A DNA stretch of 64,000 nucleotides from an uncultured Candidatus Saccharibacteria bacterium (GCA_964615415.1 CAZTNI010000002.1:104687-168686), one strand, 5' to 3'. Counted from the first letter of the stretch, positions 47,619 to 57,453 are shown. Made by a program: numbers and translations. The notes: a model not told the origin generated them from the sequence alone.

Positions 47619-49016
47619 ATGAAAGAAGAAATTCTTTATTTTCTGCCGAAGACGCTCGAAAGCGCTTTTGCGTGTCTTGATGCCGAAGGGCTTACAGCTG
47701 TGGAGCGAATAGTCGAGATCGAAGGATTCAAATTCCCCGGTCTCGTCATCTCTGGGCCAGAGGAAAAGCTTGAGCATTTTGCTCGGACGGCACGCGTACC
47801 CGAAGGTGGGCCGCGTGCGAGATTGCTTACTAATTTGGAAAAGATCTACGGCTCGCGCCTTGTGTTCGATGAAAAAATCGAACTCTGTGGCGAAACTGTT
47901 GTGGACGACAAAATGTGTCACGTGCTCGGGCTCGAGGGTGTTGTTGCAAACCTGCCGGAATATGGGTGGGGCTTAGATAAACATACCGAGCTTCTGGACG
48001 AGATCAATAGTACGCTCGCCGATATTTCTGCTTGGGCGGGGAAACCTGTTCTTCTTGCGGCGCCTTCGGAAGTCGTGGTGGGTCTCCCGCTTATTCCAGA
48101 GACGCAGATCTGCGTCATTCTCGATAGTTCTCCGGCGGGACACTACTCTGAAATGAGGAGTAAAAAACTGTGCGGCGTTTCCTTCAGCGAAATCGATGAA
48201 GGTATACGCCACTCAGGACCGACCGCAGGGAGAGGGTATGTAGTGCGCGACGAAGATGGTACTGCAGTTGCACAAATTATCCGGAACTGTTTCTACCTCT
48301 TCTTGCCATATGATGTGCTCCATAAGCGCATGGTACTGACTCAGGGTGGAAACGGCCTCGGCCTCTTTCGTAAGACGCTCATGCGAGCATGGAATGCGCA
48401 GTTTGAAGCGCGTGATCCTCAGATAGAAGTGTTCGAAAGTGCTGAGGCATACGTTGCCTTTGGACGAGAGACGGTTCAGGAAGCGCCGAGGATCCTTCGT
48501 GCACTTGTGGACGCACACGACAAAAAAATCGCTGAGGCAGAAGAAAAACTGCGGAATGCGATATCTGAAAAACGTCGTATGCTCCGCCTGATCGAGCACT
48601 TAGAGCGCGAGGCGAGTGAACTGACGCCTGAAAAGTTGAAACAGAGTTGGAACAAGCTTACTCAGTTGCCACAGGTGCGCTCTATAGCTTCGGTAGATAA
48701 CGCACTCCAGGTCGAGACTAACCTGCTTGTGAATACGCAGTACGGTCGTCGGCCGCTCGGGCGCTACATCCTACGTCTTGCAGAGCAGCAGATCTTTGTG
48801 TGGTGTATCGAGTCGTGCCATCCGGCCGGCTTGTCGCATCCGCACATTGGCGTTAAACATGGTAACCCGTGTTTCGGCAACGTTTCTATCGCGATTCAAA
48901 AAGCAGCAAGCGAGTCTCGAGCGTATGCTATCGAGTTAGCTATCCGCTGGCTCGAAAGTGGATACGACCACGACCTCGCAGATATAAAGATCACTGAGTG
49001 GCCGGAGGCAGCGTAA
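47619..49016 (+). CDS. Multidomain protein with coiled coil and C-terminal prokaryotic E2 (UBC-like) domain
   Basis: HPHIGVKHGNPCFGN resembles the E2 HPN(I/V)...G.(I)C signature; coiled coil before it; AAGGAG SD; abuts E1 gene. Confidence 0.65.
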   Translation: MKEEILYFLPKTLESAFACLDAEGLTAVERIVEIEGFKFPGLVISGPEEKLEHFARTARVPEGGPRARLLTNLEKIYGSRLVFDEKIELCGETVVDDKMCHVLGLEGVVANLPEYGWGLDKHTELLDEINSTLADISAWAGKPVLLAAPSEVVVGLPLIPETQICVILDSSPAGHYSEMRSKKLCGVSFSEIDEGIRHSGPTAGRGYVVRDEDGTAVAQIIRNCFYLFLPYDVLHKRMVLTQGGNGLGLFRKTLMRAWNAQFEARDPQIEVFESAEAYVAFGRETVQEAPRILRALVDAHDKKIAEAEEKLRNAISEKRRMLRLIEHLEREASELTPEKLKQSWNKLTQLPQVRSIASVDNALQVETNLLVNTQYGRRPLGRYILRLAEQQIFVWCIESCHPAGLSHPHIGVKHGNPCFGNVSIAIQKAASESRAYAIELAIRWLESGYDHDLADIKITEWPEAA

Positions 49017-49658
49017 ATGGTAGAACGTAACTACTCGCACCAAGACGATTTCTTTAACCCTGCGAACGCTCGGTCGGTAACGCTAATCGGCTGCGGATCG
49101 GTCGGGAGTATGGTAGCGTACACTCTGGACAAGATGGGTGTGCCCACGCTTGAGATATGGGACGGCGACAAAGTGGATTCCCACAACTGCCCCATGTCGT
49201 TCTATGACGAACCTGACATCGGCCGCTTCAAGGTCGATGTGCTGGCAGAGCGGCTTCGTAACGCGCAGGTGGTCCCTCATCGGGCCATGTATGCCGGCGA
49301 AGCGCTTACGAGTAGTGTCGTTATCGCTTGTGTCGACACCATGGTTGCGCGCAAACTCATATGGGAGCGCGTAAAAATGGTGCCGAGCGTCGCTTTGTTT
49401 TGCGACACGCGTACGGCAGAGCTCTATGTCGAAGTCCTTACTGTCTCGCCCTGCGAGCATGAAGACATCGGCAACTACGAGCAGCTGCTCTACGGCGACG
49501 AAAAGGCGGTGCGTCAGTCGTGTGGCCGGCATGGGCTCATGACCGTTTCCATGCGGGCAGCGCAAGTGGTTGCTTCCAACCTTGCTGCGTTTTGGCAAGA
49601 TGGGAGAAAGACGTGGCGCGTTGGTGAGCGGACAGACATCCACCACCGCGCGTTCTGA
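49017..49658 (+). CDS. ThiF/E1-family Ubl-activating adenylyltransferase
   Basis: IGCGSVGS, WDGDKVDSHN, GRFKVD, ACVDT..AR, DTR, candidate catalytic Cys in QSCG. Confidence 0.88.
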   Translation: MVERNYSHQDDFFNPANARSVTLIGCGSVGSMVAYTLDKMGVPTLEIWDGDKVDSHNCPMSFYDEPDIGRFKVDVLAERLRNAQVVPHRAMYAGEALTSSVVIACVDTMVARKLIWERVKMVPSVALFCDTRTAELYVEVLTVSPCEHEDIGNYEQLLYGDEKAVRQSCGRHGLMTVSMRAAQVVASNLAAFWQDGRKTWRVGERTDIHHRAF

Positions 49659-49688
49659 AGTACAACTCACAACCAGAGAGGAACAAGC

Positions 49689-49937
49689 ATGTTCGGAAAA
49701 GACAAAAAGGGAACGATCAACATCAAGCTGATCGTCGTCACTGCGGCGGGTACACCGGTTGGCGACCGCGAGGTGCCGGTCGAGGAAAGCGCGACCATCG
49801 CGCAGATCCTCGAAACCCAGGGGATCAGCACTGAGGGGATGGAAATTTCCGTCAACGGCAAGCCGACCAGCAACCTCAGTCAGAAGGTGCGAAGCGGCAT
49901 GCAGATCTCGGTCACCGAGCGCCCCAAGGGCTCGTAG
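49689..49937 (+). CDS. Ubiquitin-like beta-grasp protein ending in -KGS
   Basis: 82 aa; ATIAQILE..GI......SVNGK........VRSG..ISV...PKGS; AGAGGA SD. Confidence 0.78.
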   Translation: MFGKDKKGTINIKLIVVTAAGTPVGDREVPVEESATIAQILETQGISTEGMEISVNGKPTSNLSQKVRSGMQISVTERPKGS

Positions 49938-49954
49938 TTCTTTTGTGCGACAGC

Positions 49955-49986
49955 AAGTGCGACCTACGGGTCGCACTTTTTCTTTT
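49955..49986 (+). terminator. Intrinsic terminator closing the E2-E1-Ubl operon
   Basis: AAGTGCGACC-tacg-GGTCGCACTT plus T-tract. Confidence 0.78.
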
Positions 49987-50065
49987 GTATTTTTATGAAG
50001 AACTACGTATAGTAGGAGTGGAATTGGTACTGCTTTTTTGACTCACACACACGAGAGAGGAAAGC

Positions 50066-50458
50066 ATGAAAAAGATCGTCGTAATCGCCCTGGGGGCACT
50101 ACTCTGTGCGGGTGTCGTTGCCTATGCGCAAAATATAAATGCGTGGCGCGGACAACTGGAAGAAGTGGTGTTTATGGGAGATCAGCAGATTCAGCTTCGT
50201 TTTTTTGAAACACCTGAAGGTACCGGCGGTGCGATCGCGCTCGGGCGCGACGAAACTAACGTCTGCAGAACGCGTAATTCGTTTGATGATTTTGTATACG
50301 CACTCAACGCAGACGCAGATCGACAGATATGGGGAGTTACAAGTCGTTGCAGCGTCGAAAACTATGTTGCTGTATGTCTCGACCTCTCTGGTCGGGGACG
50401 CAGCGAGATGTGTACCTCCTTCACGCTGCTGCTTTGGGATATTGAGTGGATCGAATAA
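50066..50458 (+). CDS. Secreted 4-Cys hypothetical protein (paralogue of 42398..42775)
   Basis: Signal peptide MKKIVV...AYA; GAGGA SD; four mature-region Cys. Confidence 0.65.
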   Translation: MKKIVVIALGALLCAGVVAYAQNINAWRGQLEEVVFMGDQQIQLRFFETPEGTGGAIALGRDETNVCRTRNSFDDFVYALNADADRQIWGVTSRCSVENYVAVCLDLSGRGRSEMCTSFTLLLWDIEWIE

Positions 50459-50522
50459 GTAAAAGCCGCACCTTTTGGGTGCGGCTTTAGTTTTTGTGGG
50501 AACTTTCGACTTGAGGCAGCTG

Positions 50523-51170
50523 CTACCAGCTGTTCGATTCGTCATTCCACATCTCGGGGGTGAGCCCGGCGCGCGGAGGAACGATGTGCCCCTTCAGGAT
50601 CTGGCACATCCGCCGGACGTTGCGTCCGACCAGGACTCGGTCGGTCGTCTGCCAGTCGCCTTCGGATGAACCCCCCGCCATGTTCTTGTTGTAGAAGTAC
50701 GAGCAGAACGGCGGGATGTGCAGGCCCATGTGGTTGGCCGGACTGAACATCTTTTCATTCGCCGACTGGCCGCCATCTTCTTCGCATGCACTCATGAACG
50801 CGCCGACCTTGCCCGCGAGGCAATAGTCCGGGGCGTCTGTCGTGACTTGGAGCCAGCTCAGAAGAGCGAGCATCCGCGACGATGCGGTAAAGTTCCGCAC
50901 CGGTGTCGCGAAGATGATTCCGTCGGCCGCGAGAATCGCACGTACGATGTCCGGGAGGCGGCCCTCGTCGGGCAGCATCGCGATCCGCGTCTCGAGGTCG
51001 TAGACCTCTTCGTGCCGACGGCCATCGTCGTGCGGGATCTGGCCGAGGTGAATCATATTCACCTCGGTATCGACCAGCTCACCAGCTGCCCTGAGGGCAG
51101 TGACAAGCATGTTGGCGACGTTGCCGTTTTGGAACGGCGAGGCGTTGATGCCAACGATCTTGATAGTCAT
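50523..51170 (-). CDS. Flavodoxin-fold NAD(P)H-dependent FMN reductase family protein
   Basis: KIVGINASP...GN, ADGIIFATPV, LAGKVGA, EDGGQ. Confidence 0.85.
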   Translation of the reverse strand: MTIKIVGINASPFQNGNVANMLVTALRAAGELVDTEVNMIHLGQIPHDDGRRHEEVYDLETRIAMLPDEGRLPDIVRAILAADGIIFATPVRNFTASSRMLALLSWLQVTTDAPDYCLAGKVGAFMSACEEDGGQSANEKMFSPANHMGLHIPPFCSYFYNKNMAGGSSEGDWQTTDRVLVGRNVRRMCQILKGHIVPPRAGLTPEMWNDESNSW

Positions 51171-51371
51171 GTATGTTCTCCGTCGAGTTGATCTAGGGGT
51201 TGAGCCAAAGAGGGCTTCTACCTTTAATCATAGCATATTTCAACACAAAAGTCAAGAATAGCCGAGAAGTGTTTATGTATAGCCTGCGCCGAGAACATTG
51301 ACGAATATTAAAAATTACTGTATTTTGCGAGCGGAAATTGTTCACTGTCACTCACGGAAAGGAGTCGTCCC

Positions 51372-52667
51372 ATGCTTGTTACAGATGCAGCGCGCGAACT
51401 GATGGATCTTCCCAACACAAGCCTGCGGTTTGTCTTCGACGAAAAGCAACAGCAAACAAGTGCTCAAGTGCTTTTGCAGTGGTGTATCGACCCACAACTT
51501 GTCGCATTTTTGCGCGAGAACACAATCAAAGACCCATTCCTCTTTATTTGCGTTACCAGCCCGTCAGGGCGAGAGGAGCGGCGGATTGTGTCGCTGTGGA
51601 GCATGCAGGAACTCATTCAGTTCCACAGGCCAGGCATGCACACTGTCTATGGTCGCGTGTTGTGGGGACACGAGTCGCTCGCCGCTATGCGCAAGAAGTA
51701 TCTCAAGATGTGGAATCGCTTCGAGTATGAGAATGAAATCGCCCTAGTTCAGAAGCGTCAAAGTTCGCTCGGTCATGCCGAACTAAAGCTTGAAGTCCCG
51801 AAGGACTTCTTTGCGAAAGAACTTTCGGCATGGGAAAAGTGGTGGCTCACGCTGTGGCTGGGGGAATTGTGGGATGAATGCAACATTCGGCGTCGCCGTG
51901 CGTTTGCATATTTCATCCAAGGTCCACTCGTACTGGTGTGGCTCCTCATCTCCTTCTTGGTCCGGTTTGCTATAGCGGGGACCCTTAGTGGGTTACTCTT
52001 GGAGCGCAAGATCAACTGGAGAGCTGTCGTGCACCCGTTCGAATATGATGTCGAAGATGTGTGGGGCAAATGGGACGGTAGTCGATCTTTTTGGCATAAA
52101 GCGTTCGGCTCCCGTATTCTGTACAACGCCGAGGGTAGGAGGCGGCCTCCAGTTATGCATCTGCTATGGTTTGTCTTCCCGTTCTTCCATGCGACACTCT
52201 TTGTTTCTGTCACCGCCGTTGCTCTTACAGTAGATGCGCCGCTTCTTGAGATGGTGAAGTGGCACTTCTTGATCTTTGGCGGAATCTTAGTACTTGCGGC
52301 ACTCTTCGCAGCTATCACGACAATCGTCGCGTCGATCGGTATTTTCTGGGAGAGTGTAAAGAGAGAAAAAACCGCAGGGAAAACGTCGGAAGGTCAGCAG
52401 GCTGTAGGCATCCTCCCGTCTTGGCTGACAAAAGCGGGGAGTTGGTTCTATCGTATGCTCAACACTCCTGTTGATCGTCTCGGAAACTATGTCGCACGTC
52501 GAGCGGACGAACGTACCGAGCGGCTCTACCAGAGTTTGCAGTGCGACACAGTCCCCGAGTCAGGTCTACGACCCATACGGGCTCTGCCTGTTCCGGTGAC
52601 ACAGCGTGCACGTCTGCTGTACCAGCAGGCCAAGAGCAAGGTCTGCAAACCTATGGCTCGCGGATAG
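51372..52667 (+). CDS. Hypothetical integral membrane protein
   Basis: 431 aa, several TM segments; TTGACG promoter, AAGGAG SD, downstream terminator. Confidence 0.65.
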   Translation: MLVTDAARELMDLPNTSLRFVFDEKQQQTSAQVLLQWCIDPQLVAFLRENTIKDPFLFICVTSPSGREERRIVSLWSMQELIQFHRPGMHTVYGRVLWGHESLAAMRKKYLKMWNRFEYENEIALVQKRQSSLGHAELKLEVPKDFFAKELSAWEKWWLTLWLGELWDECNIRRRRAFAYFIQGPLVLVWLLISFLVRFAIAGTLSGLLLERKINWRAVVHPFEYDVEDVWGKWDGSRSFWHKAFGSRILYNAEGRRRPPVMHLLWFVFPFFHATLFVSVTAVALTVDAPLLEMVKWHFLIFGGILVLAALFAAITTIVASIGIFWESVKREKTAGKTSEGQQAVGILPSWLTKAGSWFYRMLNTPVDRLGNYVARRADERTERLYQSLQCDTVPESGLRPIRALPVPVTQRARLLYQQAKSKVCKPMARG

Positions 52668-52761
52668 TCAGAGATGGTATGTTCAACAACAAGCGATGCG
52701 GCCCACGGGCCGCATCTTTTTATTAGGTTGCACGTTATTTTTTAATGTACAATACAGACAT

Positions 52762-53058
52762 ATGATCTACGGGGCAGTACTTGCACTCCATATTGTTGCT
52801 GCGTGTGTAACTTTTGCAGTTATTGCGGGTGTAGGCATTGCGCTTTTGAAGCAAATGCATCGTTTCTATAAACCACTGGGTCTTTCGCTCGCTCTCGTTG
52901 CGCTTGTACAAATTGCAAGCGGCGTCATGATGATCGTACTTAATCCGGAACTCTCTGTACTAAAAGTTGGTCTGCACTTACTTGTGTACCTTGGCGTGTG
53001 TGTGATGGTTGAGGGTGCGCTCTACCTTAAGGCGCGCTCAGTTGCATGGACTTCTTAA
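52762..53058 (+). CDS. Small membrane protein preceding cyoA
   Basis: Three hydrophobic helices; overlaps cyoA start; TACAAT 8 nt upstream of ATG. Confidence 0.6.
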   Translation: MIYGAVLALHIVAACVTFAVIAGVGIALLKQMHRFYKPLGLSLALVALVQIASGVMMIVLNPELSVLKVGLHLLVYLGVCVMVEGALYLKARSVAWTS

Positions 53059-53861
53059 ATTTTTTTGACGTCTTAAACCCTGCGGGAACTATCGCCCTTG
53101 CGGAGCGCGGACTTATGATCCACGCAGCACTGTTCATGACTATAGTCACCATTGCGGTCTTTGGTCTGACTTTTTTCTTTGCGTGGTATTACCGCGCAGG
53201 GAACACGAAGGCGAAATATACTCCCGACTGGCAGCACTCGCGGATGGAGGAACTTGTCTGGTGGGCGATCCCACTCGAAATTATTCTTGTACTTGGAGCA
53301 TTAACGTGGACGAGTACACACAACCTCGACCCGCGTAAACCACTTTCAGCAGAACCGCCGCTTGTGGTGCAAGTGGTGGCGCTGGATTGGAAGTGGCTGT
53401 TTGTGTATCCGGAAGAACATATTGCGACGGTTAATTATGTGCGCATCCCGGTTAATAAACCGGTGCGATTTGAAATTACTGCCGACGCGCCGATGAACTC
53501 GTTTTGGATCCCGCGCTTGGGCGGACAAATTTACGCGATGACGGGCATGGTGAATCATTTGAACTTAGATGCAACCGAAGAGGGAACGTTTAAGGGATTG
53601 TCTGCGAACTATAGCGGTGAAGGGTTTGCAGATATGAAATTTACAGTCGAAGCGACCTCGCAGGAGGAGTTTGATGCATGGGTAGCACAGACAAAAATGC
53701 AGCACGCAGTACTAACAACCGACTCCTACGCTGCGCTTGCGGCACCGAGTGTGGTCGAAGAGCCTGTGTATTACGGAATAGTCGAATATAATTTATTCGA
53801 CCAGATCGTAGGAAAATTCATGGGGCACGCACATGAAGTGAATGAACACGCACATCAGTAA
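53046..53861 (+). CDS. cyoA: Cytochrome bo3 ubiquinol oxidase subunit II
   Basis: LNPAG.IA, Y.PDW.HS..E...W.IP, LDWKWLF.YPE, MNSFWIP.LGGQIYAM.GM, SANYSG.GF; no CuA Cys. Confidence 0.93.
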   Translation: MDFLNFFDVLNPAGTIALAERGLMIHAALFMTIVTIAVFGLTFFFAWYYRAGNTKAKYTPDWQHSRMEELVWWAIPLEIILVLGALTWTSTHNLDPRKPLSAEPPLVVQVVALDWKWLFVYPEEHIATVNYVRIPVNKPVRFEITADAPMNSFWIPRLGGQIYAMTGMVNHLNLDATEEGTFKGLSANYSGEGFADMKFTVEATSQEEFDAWVAQTKMQHAVLTTDSYAALAAPSVVEEPVYYGIVEYNLFDQIVGKFMGHAHEVNEHAHQ

Positions 53862-53864
53862 TAT

Positions 53865-55673
53865 ATGTTTGGAAACCTTACCTTAGACGCTTTCATACAT
53901 GGTCCGATAGAAACCGGCGCGCAGCTCATGGTTGTACTTGGCGGTGTGGCTATCGCCCTTTTGCTCACCGTCTTTAAACGGTGGGGATGGTTCTATAAAG
54001 AGTGGCTCACGACCGTCGACCATAAAAAGATCGGCATCATGTACATCATCCTCGCGGTGATCATGCTCTTCCGTGGTGCGATGGATGCGTTTATGATGCG
54101 TGCACAACAAGCGATAGCGGTGGGTGACAGCGTGGGCTACCTCGACCCAAACCACTTTTCGCAAATCTTTACGGCGCATGGGATCATTATGATCTTTTTT
54201 GTCGCTATGCCCTTGATGTTCGGGCTCATCAACTACATGGTCCCGCTCCAAATTGGTGCGAAGGATGTCGCGTTCCCGTTCCTGAACTCTGTCTCGTTTT
54301 GGCTTACTGCTGCAGGGGCGATGCTACTTAATGCGTCGTTAGTGATAGGTGAATTCGCGGCAACGGGGTGGCTCGCATATCCGCCGCTCTCCGGTATTGA
54401 GTACAGTCCTGGTGTTGGAGTCGACTACTACATTTGGGCGCTCCAGATAGCAGGTGTCGGTACACTCCTTTCGGCAATCAACTTTATTGCGACGATTCTG
54501 AAGATGCGGAAGGCAGACATGAAGTTGATGCAGATGCCTATCTTCCCGTGGACCGTGTTCGGCTCGATGCTGCTCGTCTTGTTTGCATTCCCGATCCTTA
54601 CCGCAACGCTCGCACTCTTGTCTTTGGACCGTATCTTCGGCATGCACTTCTTTACCACCGACCTTGGCGGGAATGCCATGATGTACATCAACCTGATTTG
54701 GGCATGGGGTCACCCGGAGGTGTACATTCTTATCCTCCCCGCGTTCGGTATCTTTTCAGAAATTGTGCCAACGTTCGCGCAGAAAAAACTCTTCGGCTAC
54801 ACCTCTATGGTTGTTGCAACGATGATGATCGTCTTTTTGTCGTTCATTGTGTGGGTGCACCACTTCTTTACGATGGGTGCTGGCGCAAATGTGAACGCAT
54901 TCTTCGGCATCATGACCATGGCTATTGCTGTACCAACCGGCGTAAAAGTATTTAACTGGCTCTTTACGATGTTCCGTGGTCGCATCATCTACAAAACCCC
55001 GATGCTGTGGTTTATGGGATTCCTCGTCACCTTTGTAATCGGCGGCATGACGGGTGTCTTGATGTCGATCCCTGCGGCGGACTTCCAGCTCCACAACAGT
55101 TTGTTCCTTGTGGCGCACTTCCACAACATGATCATCGGCGGCGTATTGTTTGGCATGTTTGCGGGGCTCTCGTATTGGTTCCCAAAAATATTTGGATTCA
55201 TGTTGAACGAGCGCTTGGGCAAGTGGGCATTTTGGTCATGGATCATCGGTTTTTTGGTCGCGTTTTTGCCAATTTATGCTGCAGGGTTGATGGGTATGAC
55301 GCGCCGCTTAAGCCAAGTGGAGCCGCAGTTCCAGCCACTCCTTATTGTTGCTGCAATTGGTGCGTGTATCATTGCGCTCGGTATTTTCTTCCAAGTGCTG
55401 CAAATTGTGGTCAGTATTGTGCAGCGCAAACAGCATCCTGCAGGAAATAATCCATGGAACGGAACGAATTTGGAGTGGACACTGCCGTCGCCGCCGCACT
55501 ACGAGCCGTACGACCCGAAGCACAACACGCTGCTTGGTGTGATGATAGCGGGGCTTAGCTTCTTTCTGGGGTTTGGGATCATCTGGCACATATGGTGGCT
55601 CGCAGCCGTCGCAGCTGTGGCGATAGTTGGCGGACTTATCCTGCGTACATTTAGATATGAAGGAGCACACTAA
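53865..55673 (+). CDS. cyoB: Cytochrome bo3 ubiquinol oxidase subunit I
   Basis: [35 protein letters not shown]; quinol-site R..D and H..Q retained. Confidence 0.95.
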   Translation: MFGNLTLDAFIHGPIETGAQLMVVLGGVAIALLLTVFKRWGWFYKEWLTTVDHKKIGIMYIILAVIMLFRGAMDAFMMRAQQAIAVGDSVGYLDPNHFSQIFTAHGIIMIFFVAMPLMFGLINYMVPLQIGAKDVAFPFLNSVSFWLTAAGAMLLNASLVIGEFAATGWLAYPPLSGIEYSPGVGVDYYIWALQIAGVGTLLSAINFIATILKMRKADMKLMQMPIFPWTVFGSMLLVLFAFPILTATLALLSLDRIFGMHFFTTDLGGNAMMYINLIWAWGHPEVYILILPAFGIFSEIVPTFAQKKLFGYTSMVVATMMIVFLSFIVWVHHFFTMGAGANVNAFFGIMTMAIAVPTGVKVFNWLFTMFRGRIIYKTPMLWFMGFLVTFVIGGMTGVLMSIPAADFQLHNSLFLVAHFHNMIIGGVLFGMFAGLSYWFPKIFGFMLNERLGKWAFWSWIIGFLVAFLPIYAAGLMGMTRRLSQVEPQFQPLLIVAAIGACIIALGIFFQVLQIVVSIVQRKQHPAGNNPWNGTNLEWTLPSPPHYEPYDPKHNTLLGVMIAGLSFFLGFGIIWHIWWLAAVAAVAIVGGLILRTFRYEGAH

Positions 55674-56217
55674 CACAGCAACATTCGGATTTTGGATCTA
55701 CCTCATGAGCGATGTGGTGCTTTTTGCATCGCTCTTTGCAACGTTTGCGGTGCTGCAAGGCGCAACGTTCGGTGGACCGACTCCAAAAGAATTATTTGAC
55801 CTACAGTTTGTGTTGTTTGAAACGCTGATCCTTCTTACCTCAAGTTTTACTGTGGGATTAAGTCTTTTGTCTGCACATGCAGGGAAGCGACAAGCAACGC
55901 TTATCTTCCTCGGCATGACCCTGCTTTTAGGCTTAGGATTTTTGGCGATGGAACTGACCGAGTTTCGTCATCTTATTGCGGAAGGGCATGGTCCCGGAAC
56001 GAATGCATATCTCTCCTCATTCTTTACGCTCGTCGGGACGCACGGACTCCATGTCTTTTTTGGCGCACTATGGATGATAGTGACGATGGTCTTTATTGCG
56101 CTGCGCGGCCTTGACCGTGCGCTCACAAAACTTGCGTGCCTCTCGCTGTTTTGGCACTTCCTTGATGTGATCTGGATATTTATTTTTACGCTGGTGTATC
56201 TTATTCCGATGCTATAA
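55657..56217 (+). CDS. cyoC: Cytochrome bo3 ubiquinol oxidase subunit III
   Basis: [40 protein letters not shown]. Confidence 0.93.
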   Translation: MKEHTNTATFGFWIYLMSDVVLFASLFATFAVLQGATFGGPTPKELFDLQFVLFETLILLTSSFTVGLSLLSAHAGKRQATLIFLGMTLLLGLGFLAMELTEFRHLIAEGHGPGTNAYLSSFFTLVGTHGLHVFFGALWMIVTMVFIALRGLDRALTKLACLSLFWHFLDVIWIFIFTLVYLIPML

Positions 56218-56222
56218 ATCGT

Positions 56223-56552
56223 ATGCTTACTTCATCGCGCACATATGTTATAGGGTTCGCACTCTCTACACTGCTGACGCTTGCTGCGTTTGGCTTGGTC
56301 TTTCAATACATAGCAGGAAGTTTGCCCATAGCGCGCGAGTGGCTCATTGTTGCGCTTCTGGTGTTCGCGGTCGCGCAGTTGATCGTACAGGTAACGTGCT
56401 TCCTCCACTTAGGATCAGAAACAAAACCGCGCTGGCAACTCATCACGTTCCTCTTTTCCCTCCTTGTTGTAGTAATTTTAGTAGGAGGCAGCATTTGGAT
56501 CATGACCCATCTCACGCACAACATGATGCAAGACACCTCGCACGTGTGGTAG
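56223..56552 (+). CDS. cyoD: Cytochrome bo3 ubiquinol oxidase subunit IV
   Basis: YVIGF.LS..LT.AAF, AVAQL.VQ..CFLHL, GSIWIM.HL..NM. Confidence 0.9.
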   Translation: MLTSSRTYVIGFALSTLLTLAAFGLVFQYIAGSLPIAREWLIVALLVFAVAQLIVQVTCFLHLGSETKPRWQLITFLFSLLVVVILVGGSIWIMTHLTHNMMQDTSHVW

Positions 56553-56644
56553 GGTTGGAGCGAAGTGCTTTGCAAAAAAGAGGCTATGACTTGGGCTAGC
56601 GCCCCCGGAGCGCACTCTTTTTTGTAATGCACGAGCTACTACAC

Positions 56645-57370
56645 ATGTCCGCAATCATTAAAAAATATTACTACCTCGCAAAGCCGGGGATCGTGCGCAG
56701 TAACGCGCTCGCTGCTGCGGCAGGTTTTGTATTTGCTTCAAGCGGCGCGATCAATTGGGGAGTGTTTGCCGCAATGTTGTTGGGATTGATAGGAATCATC
56801 GCAAGTGGCTGCGTGTTTAATAATTACTACGACCGCGACATAGACGCGCGCATGGAACGAACGGCAAAACGCGCCCTTGTGCGCGGCACTATTTCCGACG
56901 CACATGCACTTATATATGGAACAGTATTAGGAGTCCTGGGTGGGGCAGTGCTGCTTTTATATACTAATTTCCTGACGTTTGCTGTCGCGCTTGTCGGCTT
57001 TGGTGTGTACGTGCTCCTCTATACGCCGGTTAAACACAAACACCCTGTAGCGCTGTTTATCGGCGCTGTTGCGGGCGCAGTGCCACCGGTCGTGGGTTAT
57101 GTTGCGGTAACCAATACGTTCGACTGGTGGGCAGTGGTTCTCTTTACCTTTTTATATGTGTGGCAGTTGGTGCACTTTATGGCGATAGCGGTCTATCGGT
57201 ATGACGAGTATACGGCTGCTGGCGTGCCTCTCTATATAAAGGAGCGTCCGTCAGATGCCACAAAACAGAAAGCAAAAAAAGTATTTCACGTCTCGCTCGT
57301 TGTACTGCTTTTGTTTTGTGCAGGTCTTGTCGTGTATAGTTTATTGACTTTATTTAAAATTATTATATAA
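56645..57370 (+). CDS. cyoE: Protoheme IX farnesyltransferase (heme o synthase)
   Basis: KPGIV, N.YYDRDIDARMERT..R.L, YT..K, GA.PP..GY.A, WQ..HF. Confidence 0.9.
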   Translation: MSAIIKKYYYLAKPGIVRSNALAAAAGFVFASSGAINWGVFAAMLLGLIGIIASGCVFNNYYDRDIDARMERTAKRALVRGTISDAHALIYGTVLGVLGGAVLLLYTNFLTFAVALVGFGVYVLLYTPVKHKHPVALFIGAVAGAVPPVVGYVAVTNTFDWWAVVLFTFLYVWQLVHFMAIAVYRYDEYTAAGVPLYIKERPSDATKQKAKKVFHVSLVVLLLFCAGLVVYSLLTLFKIII

Positions 57371-57453
57371 TACCGTCGGTTTTGAACTTTGTAATCTACT
57401 GCAGTTTCAAGATGCATTTCGCATCTCGATAATCAACAAGGAGAGGTACGTTC

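Noticed and set aside
49017-49937. Ordinary ThiF/ThiS or MoeB/MoaD sulfur-carrier pair
   Set aside because: The Ubl ends in GS, not GG. The E1 lacks CxxC zinc motifs, no thi/moa genes are nearby, and an E2-like gene directly abuts it upstream.
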